11,526 bases of DNA, taken from Candidatus Thalassarchaeaceae archaeon. GTDB taxonomy: Archaea > Thermoplasmatota > Poseidoniia > Poseidoniales > Thalassarchaeaceae. The stretch spans positions 1-11,526 of the forward strand of contig JASLKH010000001.1 in the NCBI GenBank assembly GCA_030747675.1, written 5' to 3'. The notes below the pieces were generated by a model. That model was not told where the DNA came from and did no database searches. It worked only from the letters and a program-made list of their open reading frames with translations. Below, piece by piece: positions 7,115 to 11,526 of the stretch. Position numbers and translations under genes: made by a program. Numbering within the stretch: position 1 is the first letter of the stretch; every line of letters begins with the position of its first letter.

Positions 7115-10100
7115 ATGCGTCGAAAACAAACTGCATTGCTGATTTCTCTACTGATTATCGGGTCGATGATTTTCGTTAGCCAAATACGCCCTAACAATCC
7201 CGTTGAATCAGTCCATCCTGGCGACACTACAGGGGAAGGACCTCCTGTTACAGACCATGATAAAGATGGGATGCCAGATTTGCATGAGGAAATGTTCAGT
7301 GAATCAGTTTTCATGGACTTAGGAGATAGATCAAAGGAAATTAGAGGTCTTGACATGCTCAACGGTTCTGATAATTCTAGCGATTATGATATGGATGGAT
7401 TGACGGCATTGATGGAATATTGTTGGCCTTATGATTTGGATTCATGTTTTACCAATAATCGTACAGGATTACCAGGGAAACCTGCAGATTTATCCGAAAC
7501 AGGAATCCGATGGTTCCTTGATCCCCGTTCTGGAGATACAGATGGTGATGGGTTGCCTGATGGTTTTGAAGTTGCTATGTGCATGGATAAAACAGGATAT
7601 TTGAATGATTCGGATACTTGGACTTGCGATACTTTTGATCCCTTGAATAGTTCAGATGGTTCATTGGATTCAGACAGCTGCCCTAATAATCCTGGTTTAT
7701 TCGAATGTGGAGATGGTTTTGATGTGGATCGAGATGGCATTGTCGAGCCCCATGAGTTTTACACCAATGCAGAAGAGTATTCTTATGGTGCACCAGAGAA
7801 TTGGACCACTGAGTTTGATGGCCTAAGGTGTTCAGGTTCGATACCATATCTCGTTGACCCTTGTACTGATTTGGAGTACAGACCAACTGGTGACGATGGT
7901 TGGTTAGGAACAGATCCCTTACGAAGGGATTCAGATTACTTCCTCTGGGCAAATGGGTCAATTCGTGACCAGAGCCAAAAGGGCGATGGAATTATCGATG
8001 GCTGGGAAGTGTATTTCCAACTTGATCCTCGCAATAGCAGTGATGCCTTCCAAGATTCAGACATTGATGGCTGGGATTTCAATGGGGACGGAGTGGTTGG
8101 AGCGGATTTATCAATCGCGACAATTGAATTGGGTGAAGCATTTAGTAATCTTGAGGAATATCTAGTGTATCTCGATGACGACAATTGGGTTACTGCTGGA
8201 GTGAAGTATGTCCCTATGGACATGGCTGATTTGACCGTGACTGCTTTAGATCAAGGTACGAGCCCAAGTATCCTCCACCATGATGCACACTCAATAGCAT
8301 CTGATGATTCCCTAAATTTAGTATATGTTGGAACAAAGAACGGTGTTACAATTATTGATGCTGAGAGTTCAACATCTTCTCACCTCCAACTGCCTGCTGA
8401 TTCTGAGTTGCTGGATATGCACCTTTGGTCTGAAGGTGGAGATTATGGGGTACTTTTACTTGCAACCAGCACTAGTTTAATGACGATTTCATTAGATGCT
8501 AATGGATTGCTAAACACAGTAATCGATGAGAGTGAAACAACTCCAATTAAATTAGTGACGCCATTACAAACAGGAAGTGGCGATTTAGATGTCCTTAGTG
8601 TTGACACTGATGAATCATTTTGGCGATTTAGTCTCGATTCTGTTGGACGAATCGGCTCATTATTCGAGGTTCAGCAGTTGAATGATGTCCTTACAGCTGA
8701 GAACAATGCTTCAGTTAACACGATGACACATACAGTACTTTCAAGTGGCGGCCCTCATCTTTTTGTTGGTACAAATCAGGGTCTTCTTCTCGCAAATAGT
8801 TCTGATTTCGCATCGGGGTTCGAGAGTAGTTGGATTTTCACTACAAATGATGCAGAGGATTTTGTAGTCCCTGCAGATTCTTACGACCAAGATCTCGCGG
8901 CTGTAGTTCAATCATTAGTTGTTGATGGACCGCGCAATGCCAACGGGGATATTACAAGCCCCCAGACTCTTTGGATAGGGACTCTGGGGGGAGTTCACCA
9001 ATTCGATTTGGTTACTGGGTTGACCGACCCTGCATCAGCATTTTCTCATGATCGCATGAAATATCCTGACGAACGTGATGCTAACAATATCCATACAATT
9101 CATCCGACAGAAAGAGGAGTTGTAATTGGATCCCAATGGGGGACTTGGATTCTTGATGGTGACTATAGTCGTTCAACCGGCGTTAATATGCAAAATACTC
9201 GCATTCCTGGAAAGGTTTCTGAAGTTTGCACTCTTGACATCAATGGTACAATGGTTCTTTTCGCAGCATTGGACCCAGGTACATATTCAAATATCGCTTT
9301 GATTAACCCACTTTCCAATGACTCTGATGCTGATGGTATGCCAGATGGCTGGGAATTTATCTATGGATTGGATCCAACAAATCCCTATGACAGAGATGAT
9401 GATTCTGATGCAGATGGTGTAAATTTCGATCCGAGTGTGGATGATTATTTTGACAGAAGTTGGAGTAATCTGGATGAATTCAGATATGTTGCCTCAACCC
9501 CTCAAGGCTGGAACACAACAAACCCGTTGATTTCAGATACTGATGGAGACGGGTTACTTGATGGAGAAGAATATTGGGGTTTCTTCTTGGAACAAACAAA
9601 TTTTACTTGTCATTACCTCAATGGAGATTATCTGTGTGATGAAACTACAGGCCTCGAGGCCCGTAACACCTACATCACTGGACATGTTGAAGGTGCAGGT
9701 GGTGGGACTGATAGCTCGCTTGATCCAACAAATGTGGATACTGATCAAGATGGTATGCCAGATGGTTGGGAAATAAATTATCGGCGGTGGATAGGCCAAT
9801 CATTCCACGGTGGTAATGATTGGTCCCTTGACCCAACAGACCCCTCGGATGCTTTCGACGATGCAGATGGCGATGGGTTGACAAATTTATGTGAATATCA
9901 ATGGCAACAAGTACGACTATTAGTTCAGAATCAAGGTTTATCTTCACACAACGAGACGGCAGAAGGAGCAGCAAATTGGGTAGATACAGATCCTAACTTA
10001 GTTGATTCTGATGGTGATGGTTTACCTGATGGTTGGGAGGCACGATACACTTGTTCTTGGTCCACTGCTCAAGAGGGTCTGAACCCATTGAATGGTTCGG

Positions 10101-11526
10101 ATGCAGGCAACAACCCCGATGGAGATGGCTATGATGTCAATCATGATGGTATATTGTCTCAGGATGAAATGCTGACCAACTGGTTGGAGTATCATATTGG
10201 TTCCACTATTGTCCTCGGTGATGTCGATTCTGACGGTAATCCATTGGGAATTTCGACATCACTTTACAATGAATCTTGGAATGGTTCTGCCAATGAGCCC
10301 TTCGGCTTTTTCGTAACGCAAGAAGTTCTCAGCAACTACCCTTTGGCACCAACTCAAGACCATGGTTCTAGTGACCCATTAAGCCGAGATACAGATGGAG
10401 ATGGTATGCCAGATGGTTGGGAAATTTTCTTTGCTCGTTGGGATACATACGCAGGCGATTGGACGTTGAACCCAGTGATGGAATTGGATTCTATTTCAGA
10501 TCCAGATGGCGATGGTATGACCAATTGGGAAGAATACAATTCTATCGCAGCTAACTATTCGGAAACAAATCCTGAGAAGACCTCACCGCAGTTTTACATA
10601 TTTGGTTCAGGCCCCCTAATATCTTTACAAATTTGGGAATCCGCAGGTAGTCTCAGCTCTTTCGGAGAATTTGTTGATGAAGAGCAGATGAATCGAACAG
10701 GCAGAACCTGCGATCCGAATAATCCCGACAGCGATGGTGATGGGTTATATGATGGTCTTGAACTTCTATTTACAAGATGGAATCAAACCGACCAAGTGTG
10801 GACACTAAATCCATTAGTCGCAGGAGATGGGCACTATGATGCAGATAGGGATGCGTTAACAGATTTACAAGAGCTTAACCTTACCAATCATAATCCTACT
10901 AACGGAGGTCTTTCACCACCAGATGCACCAAAAATGTGGGAAGAAGCATTTCTCATTAATCAGGCGGCATCAATGAATCGAGTATCTACTATGCTATTTT
11001 CAAAAGGGAACCGTGCAATGATTGCAGGTCAACAATTCAGCGCTTGGATTTTGGATCCTGCAGTCCCAGCACCACCTTTACTCTCAGCACTTCTTGGGAT
11101 ATCTGATCCAACCGATAATGATACAGACAATGATCAAATGATTGATGGTTATGAGTACTGGTTTACAGAATGGGACCTCGATGGCAACCAATGGGAGATG
11201 AACCCGCTTTCTGCGGAAGATGTTGGATATGATTCTGATGAAGATTCTTGGGATTGTAATGGTGATGGAACCATTGATTCTAATGAAACGTACTCTAATC
11301 TCCGCGAGTATGAAGCCAGAACTTACGGCAGATGGGATCAACGATTCACGGTCCCGTCCCAATTTGGATTGGTTTCGTATGGGCGAGATACAATCACCGC
11401 CCATCAGGATGAATTGGGTTATACATGGGGTCAAGCACGTGGTGTAATGTATGATTTGTTCGTCAGTAAGGATGTTATGAGTAGTGAGCGACTGTTGCGT
11501 ATTAACGAAGCATATTCAGACAATTG
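7115..11526 (+). CDS. Giant secreted acidic Ca-binding surface protein with TSP3-like (DxDxDG) repeats and a beta-propeller-like insert; 3'-partial, at least 1470 aa
   Basis: I translated the frame by hand from ATG 7115 (MRRKQTALLISLLIIGSMIFVSQ, a basic N-terminus plus hydrophobic signal/anchor) to the window end and found no stop (1470 full codons to 11524). SD AGGTGG precedes it. Ten D(T/S/H)DxDxxxD(G/L)xE motifs start at 7253, 7535, 7928, 9320, 9536, 9737, 10004, 10388, 10727 and 11120, nine of them followed by a [DN]P/DM..D...DxD..(T/S)NxxE-type second half. The small ORFs listed in this region are off-frame or antisense. Confidence 0.93.
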   Translation, partial: MRRKQTALLISLLIIGSMIFVSQIRPNNPVESVHPGDTTGEGPPVTDHDKDGMPDLHEEMFSESVFMDLGDRSKEIRGLDMLNGSDNSSDYDMDGLTALMEYCWPYDLDSCFTNNRTGLPGKPADLSETGIRWFLDPRSGDTDGDGLPDGFEVAMCMDKTGYLNDSDTWTCDTFDPLNSSDGSLDSDSCPNNPGLFECGDGFDVDRDGIVEPHEFYTNAEEYSYGAPENWTTEFDGLRCSGSIPYLVDPCTDLEYRPTGDDGWLGTDPLRRDSDYFLWANGSIRDQSQKGDGIIDGWEVYFQLDPRNSSDAFQDSDIDGWDFNGDGVVGADLSIATIELGEAFSNLEEYLVYLDDDNWVTAGVKYVPMDMADLTVTALDQGTSPSILHHDAHSIASDDSLNLVYVGTKNGVTIIDAESSTSSHLQLPADSELLDMHLWSEGGDYGVLLLATSTSLMTISLDANGLLNTVIDESETTPIKLVTPLQTGSGDLDVLSVDTDESFWRFSLDSVGRIGSLFEVQQLNDVLTAENNASVNTMTHTVLSSGGPHLFVGTNQGLLLANSSDFASGFESSWIFTTNDAEDFVVPADSYDQDLAAVVQSLVVDGPRNANGDITSPQTLWIGTLGGVHQFDLVTGLTDPASAFSHDRMKYPDERDANNIHTIHPTERGVVIGSQWGTWILDGDYSRSTGVNMQNTRIPGKVSEVCTLDINGTMVLFAALDPGTYSNIALINPLSNDSDADGMPDGWEFIYGLDPTNPYDRDDDSDADGVNFDPSVDDYFDRSWSNLDEFRYVASTPQGWNTTNPLISDTDGDGLLDGEEYWGFFLEQTNFTCHYLNGDYLCDETTGLEARNTYITGHVEGAGGGTDSSLDPTNVDTDQDGMPDGWEINYRRWIGQSFHGGNDWSLDPTDPSDAFDDADGDGLTNLCEYQWQQVRLLVQNQGLSSHNETAEGAANWVDTDPNLVDSDGDGLPDGWEARYTCSWSTAQEGLNPLNGSDAGNNPDGDGYDVNHDGILSQDEMLTNWLEYHIGSTIVLGDVDSDGNPLGISTSLYNESWNGSANEPFGFFVTQEVLSNYPLAPTQDHGSSDPLSRDTDGDGMPDGWEIFFARWDTYAGDWTLNPVMELDSISDPDGDGMTNWEEYNSIAANYSETNPEKTSPQFYIFGSGPLISLQIWESAGSLSSFGEFVDEEQMNRTGRTCDPNNPDSDGDGLYDGLELLFTRWNQTDQVWTLNPLVAGDGHYDADRDALTDLQELNLTNHNPTNGGLSPPDAPKMWEEAFLINQAASMNRVSTMLFSKGNRAMIAGQQFSAWILDPAVPAPPLLSALLGISDPTDNDTDNDQMIDGYEYWFTEWDLDGNQWEMNPLSAEDVGYDSDEDSWDCNGDGTIDSNETYSNLREYEARTYGRWDQRFTVPSQFGLVSYGRDTITAHQDELGYTWGQARGVMYDLFVSKDVMSSERLLRINEAYSDN
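9748..10425 (+). repeat. Exact 27-bp direct repeat AGATGGTATGCCAGATGGTTGGGAAAT (9748-9774 and 10399-10425), with a third copy of 23/24 identity at 9332-9355
   Basis: Direct string comparison. The repeat encodes DGMPDGWE in three protein repeat units. Confidence 0.85.

Noticed and set aside
6889-7124. 8-bp inverted match TTCGACGC (6889-6896) / GCGTCGAA (7117-7124)
   Set aside because: It is short enough to occur by chance, and one copy lies inside coding sequence.
7115-7190. Tat or lipoprotein signal in the giant protein (MRRK...)
   Set aside because: It lacks the S/T-R-R-x-F-L consensus and has no lipobox Cys. A Sec signal or signal-anchor is more plausible.
9332-10425. Recurrent ~27-bp repeats as a CRISPR array
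   Set aside because: Spacing is hundreds of bp and irregular, the repeats are in-frame coding, and no cas genes are present.
6952-11447. All tracked ORFs from 6952 onward (e.g. 6952-7362 minus, 7953-8165, 9543-9776, 11220-11447)
   Set aside because: They overlap the giant + strand ORF in other frames or antisense. Their Ser/Pro/Ile-rich content mirrors the Asp/Gly codons of the real gene.

Overview
Probably an archaeal window, with gene content and ribosome-binding sites suggesting marine Thermoplasmatota such as Poseidoniia/MGII (the taxonomy is inference). From left to right: (1) a 5'-truncated STAND (MalT/AP-ATPase-like) NTPase with C-terminal TPRs on +, whose frame is already open at base 1. 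(2) A compact, apparently complete 4-gene minus-strand unit: a YycJ/WalJ-like metallo-beta-lactamase-fold hydrolase followed by three proteins (344, 773, 158 aa) with archaeal class III (prepilin-like) signal peptides, the three linked by ATGA overlaps. No assembly ATPase, platform protein or prepilin peptidase is present. (3) A divergently transcribed giant secreted acidic protein (7115 to beyond 11526, at least 1470 aa) that is missing from the supplied ORF track because it has no stop in the window. It is built from TSP3-like DxDxDG Ca-binding modules, nested EF-hand-like loops and an inserted beta-propeller-like region. The strongest leads are the 773-aa pilin-like paralog with a Cys-bracketed insert of four ~100-aa repeats, the nuclease-plus-pilin unit, a shared 10-mer upstream of both divergent units, and SD-overlapping hairpins. 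No tRNA, rRNA, CRISPR array or mobile element was found.
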